A DNA stretch of 64,000 bases from Promethearchaeota archaeon (GTDB lineage: Archaea > Asgardarchaeota > Lokiarchaeia > Sigyniarchaeales > SOKP01). A program made the translations under genes and the position numbers. Below, one piece after another: positions 20,280 to 31,700 of the stretch; within the stretch, counting starts at the first letter, position 1; every line of letters starts with the position of its first letter. The stretch lies in assembly GCA_016840085.1 (NCBI GenBank), contig JAEOTA010000004.1:192001-256000 (forward strand), written 5' to 3'. The notes beneath the pieces are model-generated. The model was not told where the DNA came from and searched no databases. It saw nothing but the letters and a program-made list of their open reading frames with translations.

Positions 20280-21077
20280 TTATCTTCCTTTAAATTTAGG
20301 ATCTCGTTTTTTAATAAAAGATTTCATTCCCTCTCCAAAGTCATAAGTCCTAATGTTTTTCAAGTATAACATAAATTCATACTGTAAGGAGGGAAATAAC
20401 TCATTAAATTGTGAATAGTTTAACATAGCTTTATTATATCCAAGACATTTTGTTGGCAATTCTGCTACTTTTTGAATGAATTCTAAGGCTTTTTTTTTAA
20501 ATTCTGAAGTAGGATAAATCTTATTTATCAATCCTATCTTTAAAGCCTCCTTTGCATCAAGATGTCTCCCAGTTAAAATTATCTCTGTAGCACGACTAAA
20601 TCCTACTATTCGTGGAAGAAACCAACTCATACCACTCATAACACATTGAGCTATAGAAGCCCGATGATCTCCAATTTTCAAATCATCTGCTGCTAATCGA
20701 AAATCACAGGCAAGTGCCAATTCAAAACCTGCTCCTAAGCAATATCCGTGTAGTAATGCTATGACAGGTTTTTGAATTTCTCGTATTAAACGTACAACTT
20801 TATGATGTGGTAATCTTGACCCATCCTCTAATGGAGCAAATCGTGCACCTTCTGGTCCCAAGTTTATCAGATCATCTCCAGAGCAGAAACTTCTTCCTGC
20901 CCCTTTAATAACAAGGACTCGGACTAGCTTTTTTTTCTTCACATACTCTAACACATCTACAACTTCCATTAATAAAGGATATTGTAAAGCATTGAGTTTA
21001 TCAGGACGATTTAAAGTAATAGTGGCAATACCATTCTCGAAATTGTATATAATGCATTTATAATTTTTACTAATTAT
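20280..21077 (-). CDS. Enoyl-CoA hydratase/isomerase; true start probably a non-ATG codon near 21077
   Basis: FCSGDD, G.CLGAGFELALACDFR; frame open upstream of 20969 giving GIATITLNRPDKLNAL. Confidence 0.85.
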   Translation of the reverse strand: MISKNYKCIIYNFENGIATITLNRPDKLNALQYPLLMEVVDVLEYVKKKKLVRVLVIKGAGRSFCSGDDLINLGPEGARFAPLEDGSRLPHHKVVRLIREIQKPVIALLHGYCLGAGFELALACDFRLAADDLKIGDHRASIAQCVMSGMSWFLPRIVGFSRATEIILTGRHLDAKEALKIGLINKIYPTSEFKKKALEFIQKVAELPTKCLGYNKAMLNYSQFNELFPSLQYEFMLYLKNIRTYDFGEGMKSFIKKRDPKFKGR

Positions 21078-21223
21078 GATAATCCTCTCTTGATTAGATG
21101 AATTAAATTATCAAATAATAATAGATTATTTTAATATAGTAGTATGTAGTATAAATTTCTTTAATTTATCTTGAAATACTCTTAAATGTGCACTAATAGA
21201 AAAAAAAAGAAATTAAAAAAAAA

Positions 21224-21856
21224 TTACCAAATCTCAAATTTTTGGTCTATTTTTGTTCCAAATACGATAAAATATGGAATCACTAAATCCCATACACTTG
21301 TCAACGCATTAAGTAAAATTACTATAAATATCCAATATTCTAATCCTGTTGAGCCGTAAAAAGCCAAATAAACGATAATGTTTAAAATAACCATCACGAT
21401 TATTCTGAATGCAACACCTTGTAATCCATAAATTATGTAAGTCTTCGGATCTTTTAATTTTTGACTCAATCTTCCCCCTCCTCGTTTCTTATACCAGTAT
21501 AACATCAATATTGGAACAATTATTAATGAAAAGGTAGCAGAAAACTTCATAAGAGGACCAATAGGTGTAAAGGGATCAAATGGAAAAAGCGTAGCCATAC
21601 CAATTATACAACATAAAATCCCTGCTAATGGACCAAATATTAGGAAACAAGTGACCCAAATAATCGAAACAGGATCGAAATAAGCAAAACCCTCGGGAGT
21701 CCTTGGCAAAAATGGAACTACAAACAATGATAATACTAAAGACAATGCCCCAAAAATAGCCGCTCCTACAATTTCTAATGTTAAACGTGCTTTTGGAGAC
21801 ATAGATACTTCTTTTTCCTCATAAATTTCTACATCAGAAGTTTTGATATCAGACAT
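21224..21856 (-). CDS. ECF transporter S component-like membrane protein
   Basis: A.FGALS, FDP, FGPLAG; ~6 TM helices. Confidence 0.7.
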   Translation of the reverse strand: MSDIKTSDVEIYEEKEVSMSPKARLTLEIVGAAIFGALSLVLSLFVVPFLPRTPEGFAYFDPVSIIWVTCFLIFGPLAGILCCIIGMATLFPFDPFTPIGPLMKFSATFSLIIVPILMLYWYKKRGGGRLSQKLKDPKTYIIYGLQGVAFRIIVMVILNIIVYLAFYGSTGLEYWIFIVILLNALTSVWDLVIPYFIVFGTKIDQKFEIW

Positions 21857-22199
21857 TTTCTATACTTTAATTTTATATTATAATTATGGGGGAAAATAAA
21901 CATTTATTTAAATCATTTATGAGGAATAAATTATTTCAAATTAAAGAATTGAAACATCTAAAAATAGTGAAAAATTTTTCTATTATTAAAATTGAAGTAT
22001 TTAATGAATAATTAATTAAGAAATCAACAATTATATCAATACAATTATCTTAGCATTTCAAATTTTTAAAAATTCAATCTACCCATTTTTGGAGATATAG
22101 AAAAGATTTAATTAGAGAAGGAATAATTTGATATATGCTATTTTTACTGAATTTCAATTCTTATAAAATTAAAAAATTTAATAATAAGGTCGAAAATCA

Positions 22200-23095
22200 A
22201 TGATTAGTAAAGAAATGGAAAATTTAATTAATTTATTAAAGCAAAATCAGGGAGATCCATCTGAACAGAGCGTAGAAGCATTACGAGAGAGTTTTGAACA
22301 AATAGGAAATATGACTATAATACCTAAAGATGCAAAATGTGAGCCTTTAGATGCCGCAGGAGTCCCTGCTGAATGGATTTCTGTCCCAGAGTCGGTAAAT
22401 GATCATGTTGTGCTATATTTTCATGGTGGTGGTTATGTTGCAGGGTCTATCAATTCCCATCGTGAAATGTGTGTCCGATTAGCTCGAGCGTCAAAAACTC
22501 GAGTTTTATTGATTGATTATCGACGGGCTCCTGAACATCCTTTTCCTGCAGCGTTAGAAGACGCAACAAAAGTATATCAATGGCTCATTTCTTCTGAGGA
22601 AATTAAGCCAAAAAATATAATAATAGCGGGAGAATCTGCTGGAGGAGGTTTAACAATAGCAACTCTTATAAAATTACGAAACGATAAAATAGACTTACCT
22701 ACAATTGGGTAATTCTTTCATCTTTCATGGATCTGGCAGTTACAGGCGATTCAGTAAAAACTAAGGCAGAGATCGACCCGCTCGTCACCCGAGAAAATCT
22801 TGAATTTTGTGCAAAAACATACTTAGGAGATGAAGATAATAAAAATCCTTTAGCATCACCTCTATATGCAGACCTTCAAGGTTTGCCTCCTCTATACATC
22901 CAAGTTGGAACATCAGAATTACTACTTGATGATTCAGTTCGCTTTGCAGATCGCGCTAAAGCTGCTGGCGTTGAGGTTACACTTGATATATGGGATGATA
23001 TGATTCATATGTTTCAAGTTTTCGCTTTTTTTGCACTAGAAGGTCAAGAAGCAATTAATAAGATTGGTGCTTTCATCCAAAAATCTCTACATTAG
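22200..23095 (+). pseudogene. HSL-family alpha/beta hydrolase (esterase) split by a 1-nt deletion near 22708
   Basis: HGGG, GESAGG, then ELLLDDS and MIHMF; adding one G to ATTGGGTA restores IGVILSSFMDL. Confidence 0.85.
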
Positions 23096-23099
23096 CTCT

Positions 23100-24461
23100 T
23101 TATTTTAATAACTTTTTTTCTTTAGCATCTAAATCTAACCAATCACTAACATTTTTGAGCTGTTTTCTTGATGTTCCACATAAAATCTTTAAGAAGGGAA
23201 GGAAATTTTGTATAAATTCAATAGGAGAGATCTCGTATTTTATTCTAATCTTCTTCATAAACTCTTTCTCATTACTACTTAAAGAAAAATAAGCTCCGGT
23301 AGTATATCTAGGAAATGCAACGTTTCGGAAACCTTTAGCTATGGGAGTTTCTTTGCGAGATAAAGCAACGCCTCCAGCAAAAAGGTCAAAAAAATAAGGT
23401 AATAACCCCCAATATTGATTAATTCGGATCCTGCCAAAAATTTCATCCGCTAATGAGAGATTTTCGTATGCCTCGGCGATCTCTCTATTAGATTTTATAA
23501 ACTTAGGGAGATTTTCATTTATCCATTTATATAAAAAATTATAATCTACATCAGATTTATCTGTTAAGTTCCGAGCTTCTCTTAACGAGGAGACTTGGAA
23601 CAAATCTCGTATTAAAGAAAAAATTTCTTCTAATCTATCTCGATGTAAACTAAGGATTAACTTTTTAGTATCTTCTTCAACTTTTCCTTGACCAATTCCT
23701 TGAAGGTCATTAATAATTCCTCGTAAATCTCCATTATTCTTTTCAATAAGTAGTTCTAAATCTTCTTCTTTAATACTTGTAATCTTTTCTTTCTTGAGAA
23801 TTTTATGTACAATTTTAGTTACTTCTTTTTTAGGTAAGGGTTTTACCTCAAATCTTCTAATTTTATTATATATTGGTTGAAGATTTGTTTTGTATTCGTT
23901 AGAACACATAATAATAGGAAATTGAGTATTTTGAATTAAATCAATAACTGTTGGAATTGCTCCTCTATCTTGCACCCCATAAATCCCATCAATCTCATCA
24001 ATCAAAATTAACTTTTCTTTAGATTGAGTTATAAAATCCATTATACCTCGAGTTTTAGTTGTTTCTTTTAATTTTCTCTCTAGTGCAGCTCTAGTTCTAG
24101 TATCAGAAGCATTAGTCTCAATCACTTCCATGTTTAGATCATTAGCAAGTGCATATACAATCGATGTTTTGCCGATTCCAGGAGGACCTTCTAATAGAAC
24201 AGCTGCTTTTTCAGGAGAAATCTTAATTTCTTCTTTTTGCTCCTTTTCGATTGCGGTCCTGTTAAAATTTCTAATTTTAGTATTTTCTTTATTTATTTGA
24301 TTTCTCTCTCTAAAGAAAGTTACAACAAAATTTTTTAATTCCTCACCCAAATTTACTCTTTGACCACTAACTCTCGCTGTAGGTAATGCCATTTCTTTTA
24401 GACTTTTTGGTCGATATTTCTCTACCCATGGGATTTTAGCAACATTACTCATTTGATTCAC
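23100..24461 (-). CDS. rfcL: Replication factor C large subunit
   Basis: PWVEKYRPK, GPPGIGKT, ETNASDTR, IDEIDG, GDLR. Confidence 0.92.
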   Translation of the reverse strand: MNQMSNVAKIPWVEKYRPKSLKEMALPTARVSGQRVNLGEELKNFVVTFFRERNQINKENTKIRNFNRTAIEKEQKEEIKISPEKAAVLLEGPPGIGKTSIVYALANDLNMEVIETNASDTRTRAALERKLKETTKTRGIMDFITQSKEKLILIDEIDGIYGVQDRGAIPTVIDLIQNTQFPIIMCSNEYKTNLQPIYNKIRRFEVKPLPKKEVTKIVHKILKKEKITSIKEEDLELLIEKNNGDLRGIINDLQGIGQGKVEEDTKKLILSLHRDRLEEIFSLIRDLFQVSSLREARNLTDKSDVDYNFLYKWINENLPKFIKSNREIAEAYENLSLADEIFGRIRINQYWGLLPYFFDLFAGGVALSRKETPIAKGFRNVAFPRYTTGAYFSLSSNEKEFMKKIRIKYEISPIEFIQNFLPFLKILCGTSRKQLKNVSDWLDLDAKEKKLLK

Positions 24462-25508
24462 CTATAAATATTCGCTAAATAAACAAATTTTAGATAGTAA
24501 ACCAGAAATTTGAATATCAGTATCTCTAGCAGCAAGTGCTCGAAAATCAGAATCTGCAATATAATTAATTAATTTAATTCTTGTGTATTTACTTAAAGGT
24601 AATTTATGTAATTCATCAAGAAGTAGCTTAAAGAGCTCATGAGAATTATATTTATAATTTGATAGAATTTTACGTGCTAATTCTCTGGTTTTTGGAAAAT
24701 CTCCTTTTAAAGCCATCATTAAAAGACTTTTTATTAAATCATTTTGAAACATCTGAGAATTTTCATACAGTTTATTCTTGTCAATAATATTCCCAGTAAT
24801 ACTACTTAATTGTAAAAGATCTATTGCTCGAGTGAATTTCCCTCCAGAAATTTTATATAAAGTCTCAATTGTTTCATCAGAAATCTGTAATGATTCCTTT
24901 TCAGCGATATCAAGGATTAAATTTTTGAAACTCTTTAATTTAACGCGTGGGATCAAAAATATCTGACATCGACTAACAATTGGATCAATTATACTTGAAA
25001 TTTTAGTCGTTATTAGAATCATCCTGCAATTAGTTCCGTATATCTCCATCAATCTTCTAAAACCCTGTTGGTTTGTTCCTAAAGCTTCAAAATTCTTTAC
25101 AATTAAAATTTTGAAAGGAGTATCTCCTAATACTTTTAATTGCACAAAAGGTTTTACCTTAACTTGAATAAATGCAGGAGTAGTTATTCTTTTTCCTGCT
25201 AAGCTTCCAATTTTACTAGTTGAGATATATGCTTCAGATCTTGCTTGTTTTCTTTCCTCATCACTCAGGGGAACATTTGCATAGACTAACTTTAAATTGG
25301 CATCAAAAGTTTTCCCAAGAAACTTTTTTGAAAATAAATATGAAATAGTTCTTTTGCCAATACCCTCAGATCCTACAAACAATAAATGTGGAAAATTTTT
25401 TAGTTTAATAGTTTGATTCAGCCTTTCTATAATTTCTTTTCTTCCACAAATTTGGTCAAGATTCTTAGGATGATATTTAATTCGCCAAATTGGAATATCT
25501 TCGCTCAA
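24462..25508 (-). CDS. Second, divergent RFC small subunit with degenerate Walker motifs
   Basis: W..KY.P, PHLLF.G..G.GKRT, Walker B replaced by KNFEAL, intact SRC. Confidence 0.85.
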   Translation of the reverse strand: MSEDIPIWRIKYHPKNLDQICGRKEIIERLNQTIKLKNFPHLLFVGSEGIGKRTISYLFSKKFLGKTFDANLKLVYANVPLSDEERKQARSEAYISTSKIGSLAGKRITTPAFIQVKVKPFVQLKVLGDTPFKILIVKNFEALGTNQQGFRRLMEIYGTNCRMILITTKISSIIDPIVSRCQIFLIPRVKLKSFKNLILDIAEKESLQISDETIETLYKISGGKFTRAIDLLQLSSITGNIIDKNKLYENSQMFQNDLIKSLLMMALKGDFPKTRELARKILSNYKYNSHELFKLLLDELHKLPLSKYTRIKLINYIADSDFRALAARDTDIQISGLLSKICLFSEYL

Positions 25509-25552
25509 ATTTGTATTCTCTCTATTAATATGGTTAATAAATATTATAATGA

Positions 25553-26524
25553 TTATGATTTTATATTCTCCAAAATATTTGCTAAAAGAGCTGAAACTTG
25601 GATATTCTCATCAGCACCTTGACTTATTCGGTAGTCTATCTCTCCAATATAGGATCGTATTTCTATTATCTTTTCAGGTTCAATTTTTAATTGTGGTAAT
25701 ACTTCTAATAATTGTCTTATAAAATTTCGGCTGTCAAATGATTCAATTGTGTCCACAATCTCTCTTGCTTCTATAAAATCTTTCTTTTTAAGAGCTTGTA
25801 TTAAATCATTCAAGGTTTTTTTGTCTAAAAATCCAGATATTTTTAAAATTTCATCCAAATCTAAGTTTTCTAATAATTCAAGAGATACTGACATTTGAAG
25901 AGTATTTATCCCTTTTCTTAGATCTCCTCCTGAAATAAAAAATAATAAATTAAAAAATTCTTCTGATATTTCAGGAGCAATCTTTAATTTTTCCTTTTCA
26001 GCGATGAATTTTAACCTTTCTACAATATTTTCCTTAGCTAAATTCACAAATCTAAATACAGCGCATCTTGAAATAATTGGATCTATTATTCTATTTATAT
26101 AATTACATAATAAGATAAATTTAACATTATAAGATGCTTTCTCAATAATTCTTCTAAGAGCTTGTTGAACTTGTCCAGGGATATTATCAGATTCATCTAG
26201 GATCACGAATTTTAAAGACCCATTTTTAATTAGATTTTGATTAACAAAATTTTTCAAAACATTTCTTACAAAATCTATTCGTACTGTATCAGAAGCATTT
26301 AATTCTAATAGGTTTGTGTCTAAATCTTTTGTTTCTAAGAAATTTTTTGCTATTATTAAAGCAGTACTAGTTTTTCCGGTTCCCGCGGGTCCAGTGAAAA
26401 TCATATGAGGCATATTGGGGGTTTTCAAAAACTCTCTTAGACGATTTATCGCGATACTCTGGCTCACTATTTCATCAAATGATTTTGGACGATATTTCTC
26501 AACCCAAGGAATGTCTAAACTCAT
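25553..26524 (-). CDS. rfcS: Replication factor C small subunit
   Basis: PWVEKYRP, GPAGTGKT, ELNASD, LDESD, SRC, GDLRK. Confidence 0.93.
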   Translation of the reverse strand: MSLDIPWVEKYRPKSFDEIVSQSIAINRLREFLKTPNMPHMIFTGPAGTGKTSTALIIAKNFLETKDLDTNLLELNASDTVRIDFVRNVLKNFVNQNLIKNGSLKFVILDESDNIPGQVQQALRRIIEKASYNVKFILLCNYINRIIDPIISRCAVFRFVNLAKENIVERLKFIAEKEKLKIAPEISEEFFNLLFFISGGDLRKGINTLQMSVSLELLENLDLDEILKISGFLDKKTLNDLIQALKKKDFIEAREIVDTIESFDSRNFIRQLLEVLPQLKIEPEKIIEIRSYIGEIDYRISQGADENIQVSALLANILENIKS

Positions 26525-26542
26525 TTTTTTTATTATAATTAT

Positions 26543-27016
26543 TTAACTTTTGGGTTTTTCTTTTGTTAAATCTAATTCTAAAACCTCATAAACCCTTTTA
26601 AAATTCATCTTTTCATAAAGACTTGAGGCATCTACTGCTCTTTCTTTAATATTAACTTTTATCTTTTCCACTTTTATTTTTTTTAAATGTTCAAGCGCTT
26701 TTTCTAGTAAAAGATGCCCAGTACCTCTTTTCCTATATTTTTCCTTTAAGAAGAATTGTTTAATATACCCTTCAGATGATCCAAATGGGTCTATTCGTAG
26801 CTCAGCAATAATCATTCCAACCACTGTATTATCATCTTCATCAAAAGCAATGAGTATGCCATGACGTTGGAGTGGATCATAAAGTCGACGACGAATACCC
26901 CAATCAAAACGCTTTGGATCAAATTCTTGTCCAAGTCCTTCCACCAATAGCTTAGTCAAATTCTTTAAATCCTCGATCTGCTCAGGGGAGGCTATTTCTA
27001 CCTTTATATTGGTCAT
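26543..27016 (-). CDS. GNAT acetyltransferase
   Basis: YRKRGTG..LL motif A, A.SLYEKMNF. Confidence 0.85.
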   Translation of the reverse strand: MTNIKVEIASPEQIEDLKNLTKLLVEGLGQEFDPKRFDWGIRRRLYDPLQRHGILIAFDEDDNTVVGMIIAELRIDPFGSSEGYIKQFFLKEKYRKRGTGHLLLEKALEHLKKIKVEKIKVNIKERAVDASSLYEKMNFKRVYEVLELDLTKEKPKS

Positions 27017-27235
27017 ATCTAACCATTGTAAAATTATTATTTATAGAATTATTATTGATTCTTTATAATTAAAACTTTTTTGACTTATATTTAATAAAGA
27101 ACTTAAAATATGTTAATTTAATCAAAGCTGATTAACTTTTAACTTTACACAGTTCCTAAATTATTTGAATTTATGAAGTTAGAAATTTATTTATTAAAAT
27201 ATTAAAAAATAAAGCATCTATTAAAAAAACTTCTG

Positions 27236-27520
27236 TTAAAAATGACGAGCGGATGTTCCGTCCCAAGCTTTTACATCATTATTTACCCATCCACATTTAG
27301 GACATTTATCTGGAAGCTCCCAAGCCTCAAGAGCGGGATGTATGCGACAATATAAACCTCCACAATTAGCACAGACCAAATATTTTGCTCCACACCCAGA
27401 ACACATTTTAAGCTGACCTTGCTCTACAAAAAGAAATGCTCTTCTCATCCACTCATCATGAGCAAGGGAGAATTGCTCTTTTCCACAAACTATGCAATGA
27501 ACACCATCCTCCTTTGACAT
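27236..27520 (-). CDS. Small Cys-rich zinc-finger protein
   Basis: Four CxxC pairs. Confidence 0.75.
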   Translation of the reverse strand: MSKEDGVHCIVCGKEQFSLAHDEWMRRAFLFVEQGQLKMCSGCGAKYLVCANCGGLYCRIHPALEAWELPDKCPKCGWVNNDVKAWDGTSARHF

Positions 27521-27747
27521 ACCTTTACTTCAGCTCTTTCTTTTAGTTATTTTTTTAAATAGATTAGTTAAATCGTTTTTCTAATAATAGAATATTCTAA
27601 TTGAATTTTATAATTACTATTTTATAATAATAAATAAATTATGCAATTAAAAATTAAGCAATACTAATTTTTTTTTAATTATCTTATTATTAGTAACAGT
27701 TTAAAGAAGTCTAAAATTTAAAATAGAAGAAAAAAACAAAAATAATT

Positions 27748-28071
27748 TTACATTTTCAATTTTTTAGTTGCGCCATTAGCGGATACTTTTGGGTTAACTT
27801 TTTCTATTTCTCCGATTAATTGAAATGTTTTGTCATCGTTTAAAGCTTCACCAAATTTAATGAGTATTTCCTTATTACCAACAAATAATCCTTTTCTTTT
27901 TAGTGGCTTACCATCCTCTTTTAAAGGATTTATTTCTAAAAATAACAATGCAGGTCTTGTTTTTGTTGCAGGAACTTTAACAACACTAACACCTTCAACA
28001 GGAGTCTCCATTTTTTCCCAATCTTTTCCATTCTTTAAATGTTCTTTTAATTGAATTTCAATATCTGCCAT
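27748..28071 (-). CDS. Conserved archaeal hypothetical protein, possibly PC4-like nucleic-acid binding
   Basis: EINP...GKP.KRKGLF resembles the PC4 P.KKGISL signature. Confidence 0.6.
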   Translation of the reverse strand: MADIEIQLKEHLKNGKDWEKMETPVEGVSVVKVPATKTRPALLFLEINPLKEDGKPLKRKGLFVGNKEILIKFGEALNDDKTFQLIGEIEKVNPKVSANGATKKLKM

Positions 28072-28136
28072 GATTATTCAATTTCCATTTGTTTTTTTTA
28101 TATGATAATTATAATCCATAATAAAAATTGTGAGTG

Positions 28137-28150
28137 TGTTACATGTAACA
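28137..28150. promoter_or_regulatory. Perfect 14-bp palindrome TGTTACATGTAACA
   Basis: In the divergent intergenic region before the RHH gene; extra half-site TGTTACAT at 28216. Confidence 0.55.
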
Positions 28151-28382
28151 TATAAGATACATATAAAAATTTTTGTATAATAGTTATTTCAAATAATTCG
28201 GTAAAAGTATTGAATTGTTACATATAAACTAATATCTCCCCTTTCTTAGCTCAAATTTATAAATAAAGGATGAAAGAGCTTTCTGTCGGACTTCTAGAGG
28301 TCAATTTCGATTGAAAAATTTAAATATAACCGAGGTGATATCTAGTGTATTGATTTATAAATATCACTAATAGAAAATAAAT

Positions 28383-28619
28383 TTGGAGTGTATATCAATG
28401 AAATTGATATCTGTAAATTTACCTGAATCCTATTTAAAAGTGTTAGAAATCTTAGTATCGGAAGCAAAATTTCCAAATCGTTCAGAAGCGATTCGCGTGG
28501 CAATTAGAGACTTAATTAAAACAGAATATCTGATAGAAGAATCTATTGAAAGAAATATTTCTCCTAGTTTACTAAAATCTGAAATTTCAAATGAATTAGA
28601 CGAAAAACTTTTAACTTAA
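28383..28619 (+). CDS. Ribbon-helix-helix regulator (CopG; CdrS/aCcr1-like), likely start at 28398
   Basis: MKLISVNLP...FPNRSEAIR.AIRDL. Confidence 0.85.
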   Translation: MECISMKLISVNLPESYLKVLEILVSEAKFPNRSEAIRVAIRDLIKTEYLIEESIERNISPSLLKSEISNELDEKLLT

Positions 28620-28748
28620 TTAATTTTTATCCTTTTTTCTTTTTCTTTTTGAACTTGATTTTATAATTAAGAACTAATCGTAGTTTAAAATAAATAAAAA
28701 GGGTGAAAATTAGACTTTTTTAGAAAAAGAATAACTATATAAATTCTA

Positions 28749-31700
28749 CTACTTTTTTAATAACTCTAATACCCTTTTCTTTCTTTCTTCTCTTCTCGCA
28801 GCAATTCTCGCTTTAAGGCGCTCCATTTCATCATCTTCGGCATCTTCTTCCATTTCAGGTTTTTTCCCCAGCTTTTTTCTAAATTCATTAATTTTATTAT
28901 CAATTTCCTTAATGAATTTCTTATCTATTCTAACATTCTTGAGATTAAATTTAGCCTCAGTTAATTCTGAAATTGCTTTCATGAAACGATTATTTGATAA
29001 GGAAATTTGAGCGTTATCTAATGCTTTATATGCTGATTCATATTTTTCATATTTTTCAATCTCAGAGAAATCTTCTAATGTAATTAATGGAATCTGTGCT
29101 TGAGCAATAATGTTATTAATTTGGTTAGAAATTTTTTCAATTTCATCTTCATTTCCTAATTTCTTCAATCTTGTGACTTCTTGTTTAAATAATAGTATTG
29201 CTTCATTATATCTGAAATTTTCGATGAATTTTTCAGCTTTTCTCAACCTGATCTTTATCTTTTTGCCAACTTCTTCCTTTTTAAGTTTACGCTTATCTTC
29301 TATTTTCTGTTTTTCAAGTTCTCTGCGTTTTCTCTCAGCTTCTTCTTTTAGTTTCTCCATTTCCACTTCATCCTCAGCTTTTTTCATTTTGAAATCTTCG
29401 AGAATTTCAAATTTTTTCATTTCTCTTTTGAGTTTAAACAACAGTTCATTGTTTATCCTAGAGACCTCTCGTTTCCATGAAATTTTATTAAACAATTTTC
29501 GTGCTTCAATATACTTTTCATAAGCTTCATCAAACTTATTACGTTCTAGTAAAGCAGTACCTTGTTCCAGAAGCTCGTAAGCCTCTCCTGAGACTTCTCT
29601 TTCCCATTCTTTCTCCCTTTGAATTTTTAAGAATTCTTTTCTCTTTTCTTCTTGATACAATTTCCTCAAATCTTCAGCTTTAGCTAATTTCTCTTCTAAT
29701 TTTTCTTCTATTTTTACTTTTTCAACTCTTCTTTCTTCTATGGTTTTCTGTTCAAGCCCAAGTGCTTCCTTTCTTTTTTTAATCATTATAATTGAATCAT
29801 TGACCATTTTAATTCCCTCTCGCCAATCTATATCAGAGAATATTTCTTCGCTTGCCTTGTAAAGTTCAATAGCTTTTTCAAATTTATTTTCTTGTAATTC
29901 TTTCTTAGCGAGATCCATTAGATTAAATGCCCTATCCTTTGCTGATTCAAATTCGCTTACCTTTTCCTTTTGTAAAAGGATAGCTTCTTCTTTTTGTTTC
30001 AGAAATCTTTCTTGTTCCTCTCTTGCTTGTTCAAGTAATTTTTGTTGGATTAAAAGTTCTTGTTCTCGTTTCTCTTCCTTTTTAATCTCCAAGGCACGCA
30101 ATTTTTTATCTTTATCTAACTTTTCTTTATAAAATTGTATTGTATTGATAAGTTTCATTGATTCTTCCATCCAACCAATTTCTTCAAAATCTTTTCTAGC
30201 ATCACGATATATTTTAAGAATATCTTCATATGGCGCCTCTTGATCAAAAACACCCTCTTTTATTTTTATCTCGTATTCTTGTGCCATTCTTTCTGCTTTG
30301 TGTATTTTATTGAATATCTTTTCTGCTAATTTAGCCTTATCTTTCTTTCTTTTTTCAAATTCTAAAATCTTCTCTTCTCTTGCAAGTAATTCTTTTTCAG
30401 TATCAACTTTTGCTGTTATTAATTCTGTTTGTGGCTCCTCTAATTTCTTTTTCTCGATTTCTCTTAATTTTTCATCTTTATCTTTCTTTTCTCTGTAGAA
30501 TTTAATAGTATTAATTAAACGATTAGCTTCATCATTCCAGCCAATTTTTTGGAATAATTTTTGAGCTTCTTCATAATTTGCAATAGCTTTGTTGTAAGGG
30601 CTTTCATACAGTAAAACATCTGTTTTAATATTTAATTCATAATTTTTAACTAACTTTTCAGCTCCGTCTATAAGATTCATAGCTTGGTCCAATAATATAT
30701 CTTCTTCCTTATATCCAACTTCAATTTCTTTTATTTTTTCAGGCTTATAAGGTTTAACTTCTCTTTTCCCTACTTTACGCATTTCTTCTAATTGTTTGTC
30801 TCTCTCTCTTTTCTGAGCTTCTACTTCGAGTAATTTTTCATAATTCTCTAATTTATCTTGATATATTTTTATTTGGTTAGCATAAATTTTTGCTTGTTCT
30901 CCCCAACCTTTCTCTAATACTTTTTTTCTAATTTCGTTATAAATATCTATGATTTCAGCATAAGGGGTTTGCTCAATTATCTTACCTTTTTTCATAGCTT
31001 TTTTCATAGCACGTTCATAATCTCTTTCCATCCTTTCAGCCTTATTAATCAAATCAGAAATAAGTGTCTCAAATTCTTCCTCTCCCCTTTTTCTTTCAAT
31101 AGCTTTTAGTCTACTTTCATCCATTTCTGACTTTCGCTCTACCTTGTAGATTTGTTCTACTTGTTTTTCTCTCTCCACCTTCTGAGCTTCTACTTCAAGT
31201 AATTTTTCATGGTTCTCTAATTTATCTTGATATATTTTTATTTGGTTAGTATATATTATTGATTGCTCTGTCCACCCTCTTTCCAACACTAAATCTTTGA
31301 TTTGCTTGTAAATCTCAATGATTTCGAGATAAGGGGTTTGCTCAATTATCTTACCTTTTTTCATAGCTTTTTTCATAGCACGTTCATAATCTCTTTCCAT
31401 CCTTTCAGCCTTATTAATTAAATCAGAAATAGATTTCTCAAATTCCTCTTCTTCCTTTTTTCTTTCCATAACTTTTAGTCTTCCTTCATCCATTTCTGAC
31501 TTTCGCTCTACCTTGTACATTTGTTCTACTTGTTTTTCTCTTTCTCCTTTCTGAGCTTCTACTTCGAGTAATCTATCATATTTATTTAATTTCTCTTGAT
31601 ACAATTTTATTTGATTAGTATATATTATTGATTGCTCTGTCCACCCTCTTTCCAACACTAAATCCTTGATTTGCTTGTAAATCTCAATGATTTCGAGGTA

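Noticed and set aside
28749-28850. ESCRT-III MIM1-like motif at the giant protein C-terminus
   Set aside because: LKARIAAR only partly fits (D/E)xxLxxRLxxL(K/R); insufficient evidence.
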